64,000 nt of DNA from Bythopirellula sp. (GCA_965216565.1 OZ244170.1:512001-576000); one strand, 5' to 3'. Shown: positions 10,477-20,469, numbered from the stretch's first letter. The notes: generated by a model not told the origin, from the sequence alone. Numbers and translations: made by a program.

Positions 10477-10578
10477 CGTATTTTTCCTTTGCGTGAACAG
10501 TAGATCTATAAAGTTTCCTAGAGATGTACTTTAGAAGAATGACAGCCATTCTGGTTGCCAGTACGTCGCAAGAGCAGA

Positions 10579-10977
10579 TTAACATCGCCACACACAAAAG
10601 AGTTGCTGGATCGAACGTCCCCCTGTGAAGCAGTCCGTTTGAGGCACTGTTCGCCATTGCGTTAACTGGGGTGCTTCGATGGTATGCCACACCGGTAGCA
10701 AGGGTGAGGGCGACGCGTGGCGAGGCCCCTCAGGAACCAAAGCTGCGATCCCTCGGCTTTGGCAGCAACAACTAGCAATTGGATTGAATGGAGGCGAGTT
10801 TTGAGTGTCAATCTTGTGCTCGTGACAACAAGTCGCAGGGCCGCTACTGCCTTCGTCCGCAACCGCTCGTTGGCCACAGACCACGCTTGGCGTGATAGCA
10901 ACACTCCCTATCAGGGAGAAGACGACCAACTTTTTCATGAAATCGTTCACGGCAGCACCAAGCTCGTGCAGAAACAA
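10579..10977 (-). CDS. Cys/His-rich small protein (possible metal-sensing leader)
   Basis: Hydrophobic N-terminus, TCCHEH, SCCC, ends LFCVWRC. Start uncertain (MKKL at 10938 is plausible). Confidence 0.5.
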   Translation of the reverse strand: MFLHELGAAVNDFMKKLVVFSLIGSVAITPSVVCGQRAVADEGSSGPATCCHEHKIDTQNSPPFNPIASCCCQSRGIAALVPEGPRHASPSPLLPVWHTIEAPQLTQWRTVPQTDCFTGGRSIQQLFCVWRC

Positions 10978-11218
10978 TCTGATCCCTTATACCTACTAAG
11001 TTAGATGCTCTTGGTACTACCATTCTTCACGAGACCACTCTGAGACTGCCTGAGGCCTCGCTAGGTCTTGAAAATCAGCATTTAGACCTAGTGAACCAGG
11101 CTTTTTGACCGGCCGCTTTGGGTATGAAAGAGAGCTACAATGTTCTGCTGATGGCAGAAAGGCTTTGAGCAGTCGGTGACTCAAGAAATCGGTTGATTAA
11201 GCCGATTTTAAATGTGGA

Positions 11219-11254
11219 GTTGACAAACCACTCAACGTTGAGCATAATATCAAC
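11219..11254 (+). promoter_or_regulatory. sigma70 promoter overlapped by two tandem GTTGA-N8-TCAAC operators
   Basis: TTGACA 11220-11225, 17-nt spacer, CATAAT 11243-11248; palindromes 11219-11236 and 11237-11254; ATG at 11255. Confidence 0.8.
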
Positions 11255-11626
11255 ATGAGCACGACATTTGGTGATATTCTTCGAGCAAGACGCCGTACAG
11301 CGGGCATCAGTCAACGAAAGCTGGCAGAGCTTGCCGAGGTGGATTTTTCCTACATCAGCAAGATCGAGAACGGGCGGTTACCTGCACCGGCGGCCGAAAC
11401 GTTGATGCGCATGGCAGAGTCTCTTGGCTGTCCGCCAGAGGACTTGCTTGCGGCGGCTAAGAAGCTGCCTAATACTGTCGGGTCGAACGTATCAAGTAGC
11501 CCAGCCGCCGTTCGTTTTCTGCAAGATGCATCACAACTGCAACTGACGCCTGAGGAATGGGAGACGATGCGAGGGTCGTTGCATGGGCTCCGCGAAGGAC
11601 ACCGTAAACGGCGGAGGAAGCCGTGA
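11255..11626 (+). CDS. XRE-family HTH regulator
   Basis: FGDILRARR..ISQRKLAE..SYISKIENG; its stop overlaps the next start (GTGA). Confidence 0.9.
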   Translation: MSTTFGDILRARRRTAGISQRKLAELAEVDFSYISKIENGRLPAPAAETLMRMAESLGCPPEDLLAAAKKLPNTVGSNVSSSPAAVRFLQDASQLQLTPEEWETMRGSLHGLREGHRKRRRKP

Positions 11627-12561
11627 GAAAAGTCTACTCACACAGTCGACGGTCCACGTTGGTGAAATGCGCTCGGCAGTATTTCTACGAATGTTATGCA
11701 GCAGGAGTTGCACCACCTGCCTACGACCCACAAATGGGACTGTTTTCGGAGCCAGAGCCAGACCATGCGGTAATTGACACAGACGCCGTCAAAGAAGTAA
11801 GTGCGCTGAAAGAGTTGTCTAATAGCTACCAAGCTGCCGGGCTTATTTTGCATGAACTCATTGGACTGCACTGGAAGCATGTTGATTGGAGCCCTGAGTG
11901 GTTCATTGAACAAGCCGAAAAGCGATTTGACGCTTGGGTCATTCGGTCTCAAAACGCAGAAGATAATAGCACGCGTCTACTTGAGCACTATTACAGCTTG
12001 AATGACGCTGGCGAAACCATCACAGAAGCACGTCGCCGTTTGCAACATGCGATGTCGACTTATATGACTGACGAGACAATAAGCGATTTTGTCGCCTTAC
12101 TACGAGCGGGCGACGAAATCCTTACTGAACAGCCTATTGGGGGGCTGCCGAAGATTCGCGGATTTACGATTATGGGAAGAATCGATGTCGCCTGCCGATT
12201 TGGTTCTGAGGTTCGTGTTGTTGATTGGAAAATGGGTGCTTCGGTCGGTGATGAGGACAGTTTGCAGCTTACGTTGTACGGATGGTGGGCAACTGAGAAA
12301 TTCAATGTTTCACCTGAGAATGTCATTATTCAGCGAGTATTCCTCGGTGATGGCACCGTTGAGGGTGAGATTCGATTAAGTGCTCGGATGCTCGAGCGTG
12401 GTCGCGCCCGACTGCTTCAAGATGTGGAGCGGATGAGAGATCTTCAGGAGTACGGTGAGAAAGGCATATTCGAAGCCTTTCCCCCTTGTGAAAAGGAAAA
12501 GATATGTCATCAGTGCAAGTATCAGGGCATTTGCCCCGCCATCGCGTGCGAGACGGCGTAG
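11623..12561 (+). CDS. Cas4/AddB-like PD-(D/E)XK nuclease
   Basis: GRID..VVDWK..QLTLY motifs; N-terminal Cys16 (KCARQY) plus C-terminal CxxC-x5-C, the 4Fe-4S staple pattern. Confidence 0.85.
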   Translation: MRKVYSHSRRSTLVKCARQYFYECYAAGVAPPAYDPQMGLFSEPEPDHAVIDTDAVKEVSALKELSNSYQAAGLILHELIGLHWKHVDWSPEWFIEQAEKRFDAWVIRSQNAEDNSTRLLEHYYSLNDAGETITEARRRLQHAMSTYMTDETISDFVALLRAGDEILTEQPIGGLPKIRGFTIMGRIDVACRFGSEVRVVDWKMGASVGDEDSLQLTLYGWWATEKFNVSPENVIIQRVFLGDGTVEGEIRLSARMLERGRARLLQDVERMRDLQEYGEKGIFEAFPPCEKEKICHQCKYQGICPAIACETA

Positions 12562-14843
12562 AGACGAATCTTCGTGTTGTAGAGGCATTAAACGGACACT
12601 TGGAATGTGACCCGGTGCGTTTTGAGTCTGCCGATTGCGGTAGCGATATCCGAGAGAAGATTTGCAGCCGCTTGCGTCGACTAGGCCGCGTAGCAGTGCC
12701 CTCACCAATAGATGCCCATGAATTGTTACTGGTTCCGGGGCAATCCTCGCTCCCAGACGAGGTTGAAGGAGATGGTTGGCACGCCAAGCTTTTCCGTAAG
12801 GTTGGTGTCGTTGAACTTAACCTTGCCAATCGCAAACAGAGCCGGGCTGCTGAAGCAATAATTCAGAAATCGTTAGTCGTCGAATTTGAAAAATCGACGT
12901 CGCATTGGTGTTTGTCGGAGTCAACACGATATTGGTACACCGACGAACCTGTTGCGGTGGAGGATGGAGTTGTATTGCTGCCGCGACTTTCGTTTGCGAC
13001 ACACGGTCTTGGGGACAGCAAGATCGGCATCTCGTTTGACTGCGGTCACATGATTCGCAGTGAACAGTGTGTAGCAGATTACTTGGCGAGCCCAACGGAG
13101 CGAGAGGTATTCGAGCGGTTTCGTTGCCGTGACAAAGGGCGTAAGGGTACCTTGATCTACAACACAGGTGGATCGCGTCGTTCCAAGTGTTACTTCCACA
13201 GCTACGCTGATGGGCTTACGTGTGAAACCACCGGTGTGCTCAAATTCGGCAACGAACGGCATGAATCACTGTTTGAGTATTACCGGCAACGTTACCCGAA
13301 ACTTGCCGTATCGGGCGATGACCCGGTCGTCTACGTGTCGTTTGATTGGGGTGATCGTCCGGTACTAGTAAATGCTAAGCTACTACATCTTAGGCTGAGG
13401 CTCGACGCAGAGCAGATGCCAGCCAAGTTACGTCGACTGTCCATGTCACCTTCTCGCCGTCGAGAACAGGTAATGCAACAGTGGACTCCAACGAACGAGG
13501 CCGCCGTAGAGCAATGCGGTGTAAAGTTCTGTGGTGAATTGTGGCAACCTGACGTAGCTGACACCGAGCAGTTGCCAGCCCCGGATTTATTGTTTGGGCA
13601 AGGAGAACGGCTTCGTGGGCCGCAAGCCGAGTCTCTGGAAGACCACCAGAAGTACTTCCGCAAACGGCAGCGACTGCTGCGAGAACATGGGGCGTATCGT
13701 GTCGAGGCGACGGTAGCGAAAGATATTTGGATCGTTACACCACCAATGCGAGGACATTGGTCGCAATCGCTGCAGGATGCTTTTGTCAATCAAGTACGTC
13801 AGAACTTGGACCAATTGACACGGCAAACATTTAGACTTCGCGTGACGACCGCCACGTCAGCTAGAGACGCTGCAGAGCGATTGCAGAAGGAGCCAACATC
13901 GACAAGTCTGATTGTTTTCGATGAGCAAGACATGGACGGTGCGGCGTATTATCTGCTGGCCGAGGAGTTGCCACGGTGGCGGTTAAAGCGAGTGACACGA
14001 AGCACCTTGGAGGGGGCGTGGCGGCGGTGGCAGCGAGCCTCGAACGGAAAGGAAAAAGCGAAGGCCGAGCGAGCTTGGAACGATGTGATTTTCCACACTG
14101 TCCTGGACTTACTTGATCAGATGGAAGTAGTGCCGTGGCGAATCGCATCCTGGGAGTACGATGCCTGTCTGGCAATTGACGTCGCCCAAGAGCGACGATT
14201 CTGTGCGGTTACATTGCTGCTCTGCCGTGATCCTGAGCAATATGCTGGTTGCAACGGATTCTGGCGATATATCGAAACCTGGGCCAAAACTGACACTCGA
14301 CGCGAGACAATTAACCCAGTTCGGTTGGAAGACAAGATTGCTGGCATCGTAGAGCAGTTTTCAGGCTCGCACCTTTCGCAAATTCGTTCGGTTCTCGTGC
14401 TGCGGGATGGACGTGAGTGCGGTGATGAGCCGCAGGCCATTGATCGCGGTCTTAATCGCTGGAAACAACGTGGTGTGCTAGCCCAAAGTGCCGCGATCGA
14501 TGTCGTTGACTATCACAAGCACACTGTGAAGGACCTCCGGATGTGGAATTGTTCTAACGGAGATGTTACGAACGTGCTTGGAGGACGCGCCATCTATCTC
14601 CAGAACGCTGCATTAGTATGTCTGACGGGTGCGGCTACGGTATCGAAATACGCAACATCTGATCCTTGTCTGCTTGTCGGACGAGAGAATGCCGATGTGC
14701 GTCGAGCAGCCCGTGCGGTGTTTGCCCTCGCTCAACATAACTATCTCAGTCCCAACACCGCGTACCGAGATGCTCAGCCGATGCGCGACGCTGATCACGC
14801 CTTGATGCGAAGGTCGGCAATAGAGGTACGAGGATTGCGATAG
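12504..14843 (+). CDS. Long prokaryotic Argonaute (N-PAZ-MID-PIWI)
   Basis: ETNL N-terminal motif; PAZ-like SLFEYYRQRYP..DDPVVYV; VVPW before PIWI; LAID, RRET, VLRDG, PMRDADH give D559/E601/D635/D764. Start may be GTG 12546. Confidence 0.88.
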   Translation: MSSVQVSGHLPRHRVRDGVETNLRVVEALNGHLECDPVRFESADCGSDIREKICSRLRRLGRVAVPSPIDAHELLLVPGQSSLPDEVEGDGWHAKLFRKVGVVELNLANRKQSRAAEAIIQKSLVVEFEKSTSHWCLSESTRYWYTDEPVAVEDGVVLLPRLSFATHGLGDSKIGISFDCGHMIRSEQCVADYLASPTEREVFERFRCRDKGRKGTLIYNTGGSRRSKCYFHSYADGLTCETTGVLKFGNERHESLFEYYRQRYPKLAVSGDDPVVYVSFDWGDRPVLVNAKLLHLRLRLDAEQMPAKLRRLSMSPSRRREQVMQQWTPTNEAAVEQCGVKFCGELWQPDVADTEQLPAPDLLFGQGERLRGPQAESLEDHQKYFRKRQRLLREHGAYRVEATVAKDIWIVTPPMRGHWSQSLQDAFVNQVRQNLDQLTRQTFRLRVTTATSARDAAERLQKEPTSTSLIVFDEQDMDGAAYYLLAEELPRWRLKRVTRSTLEGAWRRWQRASNGKEKAKAERAWNDVIFHTVLDLLDQMEVVPWRIASWEYDACLAIDVAQERRFCAVTLLLCRDPEQYAGCNGFWRYIETWAKTDTRRETINPVRLEDKIAGIVEQFSGSHLSQIRSVLVLRDGRECGDEPQAIDRGLNRWKQRGVLAQSAAIDVVDYHKHTVKDLRMWNCSNGDVTNVLGGRAIYLQNAALVCLTGAATVSKYATSDPCLLVGRENADVRRAARAVFALAQHNYLSPNTAYRDAQPMRDADHALMRRSAIEVRGLR

Positions 14844-14866
14844 TTCACAAAACGGGAGATGAAATC

Positions 14867-15310
14867 ATGAAACAACATTGGCTTGATATACAAAGTTTTC
14901 TAGCCGACCAGAAAATACTCTCAGCGATCGATGACCTGGCCATTGCGACGAAGTTCGAACTGTCAGGAATTGATGACCCTGAGCGGCAGCAGTTGGCTGA
15001 GAGCGCGCGGAAAAACCTCTCGCAGTTTCTCACGCGGCTCGCTGAGTTGGGGCACGTAGCGGATGAAGGACTTGTGAAGGGCATTGACCCTCGACTAAAA
15101 GAACTGCTGGATGCCTATCGAACGGCTCGCCAGGATTCCGGAAATTACCAATCTGTCTTGATGCGCGCCGGTGCAGATGCAGCCGTTCGACTACTCAATG
15201 AAAACGATAAGCGAAGCCAGCGCGAGTTGATTGAAAGCCTGAATGAACTCAGGAGGGTCGTGGAACGTCATCAGCAAACAGATATTTCTGCGATCCTGGA
15301 AGAGATTTGA
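14867..15310 (+). CDS. Hypothetical alpha-helical protein of the Argonaute operon
   Basis: GGGAG RBS, 23 nt after the pAgo stop; overlaps the next gene. Confidence 0.75.
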   Translation: MKQHWLDIQSFLADQKILSAIDDLAIATKFELSGIDDPERQQLAESARKNLSQFLTRLAELGHVADEGLVKGIDPRLKELLDAYRTARQDSGNYQSVLMRAGADAAVRLLNENDKRSQRELIESLNELRRVVERHQQTDISAILEEI

Positions 15311-16464
15311 TGCAGACGAACCTGGTACAGTCGAATGAGGATCTTGCACATCAAATCAAGACGCTGCAAGAGTTGTTGGGACAAGCTCAGATTCTGGGTG
15401 CTCTTTCAGGTTATCGAAGTGAGATCGAAGCAGTTTGCGAGAGATTGCGACGGCAGGTCAAGCGTAACTTAAAGGATTTGTCTTACGACCACCCAGACAT
15501 TCTAGAAAACGTTCTTCGTCAAACTCAGCGAGTGATGAATGAATTGGAAATCCTCAACGTCCTCTACGTTGGGCCGCTGTTGCGATGCAGGGAAGAGGAT
15601 CATCTGGCCCTCGGTGTACTTCGGTGGTTGCATGAAGAACACCCAAAGACCCTAACGAGGTCATTTGCGCTCTCAGACGGTCAGTTTGCAATTTACCCGC
15701 ACCCAGATTTGCCGTCGGTGTACTACCTGCCATGCTCAAGGCAGCGAACACTCCTCTATCTCCCGCTGCTGTTTCACGAGTTTGGGCATTTACTTTATGC
15801 CATTCATAAGCCAGAGATGGACGAGCTGGTAGAGGAGTTTCAGCGAGACGTCTACAACGTGCTCGCCCCCATGACAGTGCGGCGAGGGCCTGCCGCTGAA
15901 CAACAGGACGTGTTTCGTGAGCAGGTGGTGCTTGCGTATTATGAATGGCTACAAGAGTTCTACTGTGATGCAGTAGGTTTGCAAATCGGTGGACCATGTT
16001 ATCTTGAAGCCTTCACCAATTACTTTCGACTTCAGGGAAGTCGGGAGTTCTACGTAGCGCGAGATGATCAGATTGAGCGTAGTCATCCTGTTGGCTGGTT
16101 GCGCGTAAGATCGCTCATCTACCGAAGCAGGAAATTGGGTCTGGGTGAAGTAGTTGACAAGGTAGAACGTGCATGGCTGCAGACGGCGGCATTGATGAAT
16201 ATGAAAGAGGACTATGAAGGAACGTGGTCTGAGGATTTATTTGCGTCGTTGCAGCGAACATTAGACGACATGCTCGTGGAAACGTCCCCACGCGAGTTTC
16301 TTGCTTCTGAGACACAAGATGATAGTGAACTTGATAACTCGGTAACTCCTGTTGCACTGCTGAATCGTGCTTGGTCTAAGTTTAAGAAAGAACCAGACGA
16401 GTACGCTGTCTTTGAGCAGAGTCTTATTGCAAAGTATCGACGCGGGGCGGATTGGTCGCGGTAG
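15307..16464 (+). CDS. Putative zinc metallopeptidase (M48/gluzincin-like)
   Basis: HEFGH, downstream EFYCD and HPxxxxR motifs; no signal peptide. Confidence 0.7.
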   Translation: MMQTNLVQSNEDLAHQIKTLQELLGQAQILGALSGYRSEIEAVCERLRRQVKRNLKDLSYDHPDILENVLRQTQRVMNELEILNVLYVGPLLRCREEDHLALGVLRWLHEEHPKTLTRSFALSDGQFAIYPHPDLPSVYYLPCSRQRTLLYLPLLFHEFGHLLYAIHKPEMDELVEEFQRDVYNVLAPMTVRRGPAAEQQDVFREQVVLAYYEWLQEFYCDAVGLQIGGPCYLEAFTNYFRLQGSREFYVARDDQIERSHPVGWLRVRSLIYRSRKLGLGEVVDKVERAWLQTAALMNMKEDYEGTWSEDLFASLQRTLDDMLVETSPREFLASETQDDSELDNSVTPVALLNRAWSKFKKEPDEYAVFEQSLIAKYRRGADWSR

Positions 16465-16615
16465 AATAGATATGACGTCGAGGCACCCTGAGGAGCTGGG
16501 TCAACTGGGTGCGAATTTGTTGCAACTCTATGGCTTGTTGTGATCTAGAGCACCGGGGCTCATGTGGGGGATTCGACGAGCGCAATACAGGCTTTTTCTT
16601 CCGCACTTTAACCGT

Positions 16616-17137
16616 TCACTCAGGAGGCTGGCCTGCGTTTATTGCAGCTATCGATTCGCTCGCAGCGTCTTCCAAGCGGGCCATCAACATATCGCCAGAT
16701 GTTGGGTCACTGATCCGAAACAACTCTTGTCCATCGGCAAAGGCGACGTATGTGGGACAGACTGTGATGCCCAACTGATTCACGAGCTGCCGCTCATAGT
16801 TAAGATTAAGCCGGCACACTTCAGCCCTGCCGTTCAAGTCTGTCACCAAAGACTCAATCTGAGGTCGCATTTTGTCGCAACGGGCACAACCAATTGGCAC
16901 GCTGAACTCAGCAAGGACAGGCCGAGAGGAGTTGTTAAGTAACTTAGTAAACTCTTGCGATGTGACGTAAGGTACTAAGTCTGTTTCGAGAGCGGCTTGC
17001 GTGGAAACAGAATTAGTGCAGCCTGTTAGTGCAATCACACAGCACGAAACGACTAACGGAACAATGGCGCTTGCAACTGTAAGTATCTTGACGTTCATGA
17101 GTGTCCTCATTGCTTTGTATAGAGCCTCAACATACAA
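16616..17137 (-). CDS. Thioredoxin-family lipoprotein
   Basis: PVLAEFS..GCARC; lipobox LTGC; start uncertain. Confidence 0.75.
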   Translation of the reverse strand: MYVEALYKAMRTLMNVKILTVASAIVPLVVSCCVIALTGCTNSVSTQAALETDLVPYVTSQEFTKLLNNSSRPVLAEFSVPIGCARCDKMRPQIESLVTDLNGRAEVCRLNLNYERQLVNQLGITVCPTYVAFADGQELFRISDPTSGDMLMARLEDAASESIAAINAGQPPE

Positions 17138-17490
17138 GTTGCATCACTTCTTTGGCGACGATCGTAACCAAGGTTCTCTGGTTATAATGTGCCGGTGTGA
17201 TATCGCCGCTCACGACCTCCATTCTATACGTTTGCAGGGCCTGAGCACCTTGAAATTCTTAAGCAGATAGCATTCAAGACACATTCCTTAGTCGGACGGG
17301 CTGGCGAATTCTCATCTCCCCTGTCACATTCGGCTCCCGCCAATGCTGAAAGTGGCTGACTCTCCACAGAGATATCCGTGATAACTCATCTTTAGCTCAC
17401 GATTCACGGGTGACTCAACTCGTCCGTGAGTATTCAGACCACAGAAGGGGATTCACTTAGAGAATTTCTGTTTTGAAACTGCTATTTCAT

Positions 17491-17509
17491 TATACCCCAA
17501 AGGGGTATA
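17491..17509 (+). promoter_or_regulatory. CsoR/RcnR-type operator
   Basis: Palindrome TATACCCC-AAA-GGGGTATA about 40 nt upstream of the ATPase start; csoR lies downstream of the ATPase. Confidence 0.75.
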
Positions 17510-17550
17510 TGATGGTAGTGAAAGTTAATCTATTCGAGGGTCAAGAGATC

Positions 17551-19905
17551 ATGAACCAGGTAATAGACCCAATCTGCGGCATGGAAGTTGATACGAAGAC
17601 GGCAATCTCATTCAAAACGGAGTCGGCAACTCACTATTTTTGCAGCGCTAACTGCCGCGATCGCTTTGCTCACCAGATGGAAAATCCTGGTAGCGAGCCG
17701 CTGCCTGTTGGAACTGATGCCGCAAGACAAACGCACGACTGCTGCCATAATGAGCCACGCCGTGACGGATCGATAATCGGTAAGTCGGGCGATGGTCGTA
17801 TCTACATGTGCCCAATGCACCCTGAGGTGGAGCAAGTCGGTCCAGGGATCTGTCCTAAGTGCGGGATGGATCTAGAACCGAAGACAATCGCGTTAGACGA
17901 GGATGATGACGGTTCCGAATCAGACATGGCTCGACGATTCTGGGTCGGCGTTGCACTTAGTTTGCCACTGCTGTTGCTAACGATGGGCCCTATGGTAGGT
18001 CTTTCAAGTCGCGATTGGTTTTCACCTGCTGTCGAAGGTTGGCTGCAACTGTTGTTAGCAACGCCGGTCGTATTTTGGAGCGGTTGGCCTCTGTTGGTTC
18101 GTGGTTGGCAGTCGGTAGGTCATCGCAGCCCGAATATGTTCACGCTAATTGCGATCGGAACACTGACCGCGTACGCATTCAGCGTATTCGCGGTTGTATT
18201 GCCGTCCTTAATCCCAGAAGCGTTTTACGAAGACGGCCGTGCGCCACTCTATTTCGAAGCTGCTGCCGTCATAATCACGCTTGTGTTGCTGGGACAAGTG
18301 CTCGAACTGAGGGCGCGTAAGCGAACAAGTGGTGCGATTCGCGAACTTCTGGAACTAGCACCGGAGATAGCCCATCGTGTCACTGACGGTAGCGAGGAAG
18401 ATATTTCACTGGACCTTGTGCATGCTGGTGACCTCCTTAGGGTTCGGCCCGGTGAAAAGACGCCCGTTGACGGAGTTGTGCGCGAAGGGAACAGTTCAGT
18501 TGACGAATCGATGTTGACAGGGGAACCCATTCCCGTCGAGAAACAACCAGGTGACAACGTGGTCGCCGGGACGCTAAATCAGACCGGAACACTACTGATT
18601 GAGGCCGAGCAGGTTGGGTCAGAGACAGTGCTTAGCCGTATCGTCGATTTGGTAGCGACAGCCCAGCGGAGTCGTGCACCGATCCAAAGACTTGTCGACG
18701 TTGTAGCTGCTTGGTTCGTGCCGGCCGTGGTCATTATAGCTTTGGCTGCCTTTTTTGCATGGGCAACGATCGGTCCCGAACCGCGTTTAGCACACGCTTT
18801 GCTCGCAGCCGTATCGGTACTCATCATTGCCTGTCCATGTGCTTTAGGGCTTGCAACACCAATGTCGATTATGGTCGGCGTCGGACGCGGTGCCCGTGAG
18901 GGTGTATTGATCAAAGATGCACAGGTGCTAGAGACACTGGAGAAGGTCGACACAATCGTAGTCGACAAGACTGGGACACTGACCGAGGGCCGTCCGAAAG
19001 TGGCGAGAGTTGTTCCGTCACAAGACGGTGGCGAGGAAATTCTACTTGGATTGGCGGCAGCGGTTGAGCGCTACAGCGAACATCCCTTAGCCAGGGCAAT
19101 CATTGAGGATGCTCGTGAACATGGCATTGAAATAGCTGAGGCGACGAACTTTCGTAGCACAACTGGCGGAGGCGTTGTGGCGAAAGTGGACGGGCAGCGA
19201 ATCAGAATAGGAAAACGTGACCATGTCACAGAAATAGGATCGAACCCGATTGCGGGATTGGACAAGATAAGTGAGTCGCTACAGTCAGAAGGGCGAACAG
19301 TCGTCTTCGTTGGTTCCGACGAAACGGTGCTAGGAATAATCGCTATCTCAGACCCTATTAAAAAGACCACTCCTGATGCAATTGCCCGACTGCACGACAT
19401 GGGGATGACGCTGGTGATGCTGACAGGTGACGCTGAGGCGACTGCGTCTTCAGTCGCTTGCGAACTCGGCATCGACGAATTCTCTGCCGGCGTCTCACCA
19501 GAGGACAAACACGACTATGTTCGTAGGCTTCGCGATCAGGGTCGTGTCGTCGCAATGGCTGGTGATGGCATCAATGACGCCCCAGCATTGGCGGCAGCCG
19601 ACGTTGGCGTGGCCATGGGGACTGGAAGCGACGTAGCCATTGAATCCGCTGGTGTGACGTTGGTGGGGGGGGACTTAAGGGGTGTTGTCAAAGCCGCAGA
19701 GTTAAGCCGAACTACAATGAGAAACATCCGACAGAACCTCGTGTTCGCGTTCGGATATAACGCGCTCGGAGTTCCCATTGCGGCCGGTGTGCTGTACCCA
19801 GTTTTAGGTTGGTTGCTCAGTCCGATGATTGCAGCTGCAGCCATGAGTGCGAGTAGCATTTCAGTCATCGGGAACGCTTTAAGATTGCGGTCTATCAGGT
19901 TTTGA
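17551..19905 (+). CDS. copA: Cu(I)-translocating P1B-type ATPase with YHS and HMBD domains
   Basis: [47 protein letters not shown] and MSASS motifs. Confidence 0.93.
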   Translation: MNQVIDPICGMEVDTKTAISFKTESATHYFCSANCRDRFAHQMENPGSEPLPVGTDAARQTHDCCHNEPRRDGSIIGKSGDGRIYMCPMHPEVEQVGPGICPKCGMDLEPKTIALDEDDDGSESDMARRFWVGVALSLPLLLLTMGPMVGLSSRDWFSPAVEGWLQLLLATPVVFWSGWPLLVRGWQSVGHRSPNMFTLIAIGTLTAYAFSVFAVVLPSLIPEAFYEDGRAPLYFEAAAVIITLVLLGQVLELRARKRTSGAIRELLELAPEIAHRVTDGSEEDISLDLVHAGDLLRVRPGEKTPVDGVVREGNSSVDESMLTGEPIPVEKQPGDNVVAGTLNQTGTLLIEAEQVGSETVLSRIVDLVATAQRSRAPIQRLVDVVAAWFVPAVVIIALAAFFAWATIGPEPRLAHALLAAVSVLIIACPCALGLATPMSIMVGVGRGAREGVLIKDAQVLETLEKVDTIVVDKTGTLTEGRPKVARVVPSQDGGEEILLGLAAAVERYSEHPLARAIIEDAREHGIEIAEATNFRSTTGGGVVAKVDGQRIRIGKRDHVTEIGSNPIAGLDKISESLQSEGRTVVFVGSDETVLGIIAISDPIKKTTPDAIARLHDMGMTLVMLTGDAEATASSVACELGIDEFSAGVSPEDKHDYVRRLRDQGRVVAMAGDGINDAPALAAADVGVAMGTGSDVAIESAGVTLVGGDLRGVVKAAELSRTTMRNIRQNLVFAFGYNALGVPIAAGVLYPVLGWLLSPMIAAAAMSASSISVIGNALRLRSIRF

Positions 19906-20037
19906 TTATGTGTAACTTGATTCTGGGTATGACAGTCCAGTGCCGATTTACAATGCTAGGGACATATAAACTTTGCTGATGAATTAGGGTGAATAGGAAC
20001 CCACTAACAAGGCAGCGAAATTACTCGCTGACAGTCG

Positions 20038-20325
20038 ATGCTTACAGATGATCAAAAAACGAAGCTCGCTAATCGGTTAAGCCGGATCGCAGGCCAAGTC
20101 TCCGCCGTTCAACGGATGATTGAGGAAGACGAATACTGCATTGACATCTTGATGCAAATAGCTGCTGCAAATGGAGCATTAGGTAAAGTTGGGCAGATCA
20201 TCTTAGAAAGCCACCTCCAATCGTGCGTTACTAATGCTATGAGAAGTGGCAACGCTAAAGAGCGACAAGAAAAACTTAATGAGTTAATCAAGGTTTTCAA
20301 TAAGTATGCACGGATAGCGAATTAA
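20038..20325 (+). CDS. csoR: CsoR/RcnR metal-sensing repressor
   Basis: NRLSRIAGQV..YCIDILMQIAA..HLQSC (C-H-C ligand pattern). Confidence 0.88.
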   Translation: MLTDDQKTKLANRLSRIAGQVSAVQRMIEEDEYCIDILMQIAAANGALGKVGQIILESHLQSCVTNAMRSGNAKERQEKLNELIKVFNKYARIAN

Positions 20326-20469
20326 GCTACAACTCCTTCAAACAATGACAATTCAACGACTTAGCATGGCCCTGCTGCGGGTAGACTTGCGCGCGTTGCC
20401 ATGTTGTTTCTAAGATGCACACGAGTTAGTTTCTTGAGCTGAGAGTGAGCTGAGAAAAGGAGTTTTTAT

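Noticed and set aside
11623..12561. CRISPR-Cas locus suggested by the Cas4-like gene
   Set aside because: No cas1/cas2 and no repeat-spacer array seen in the window
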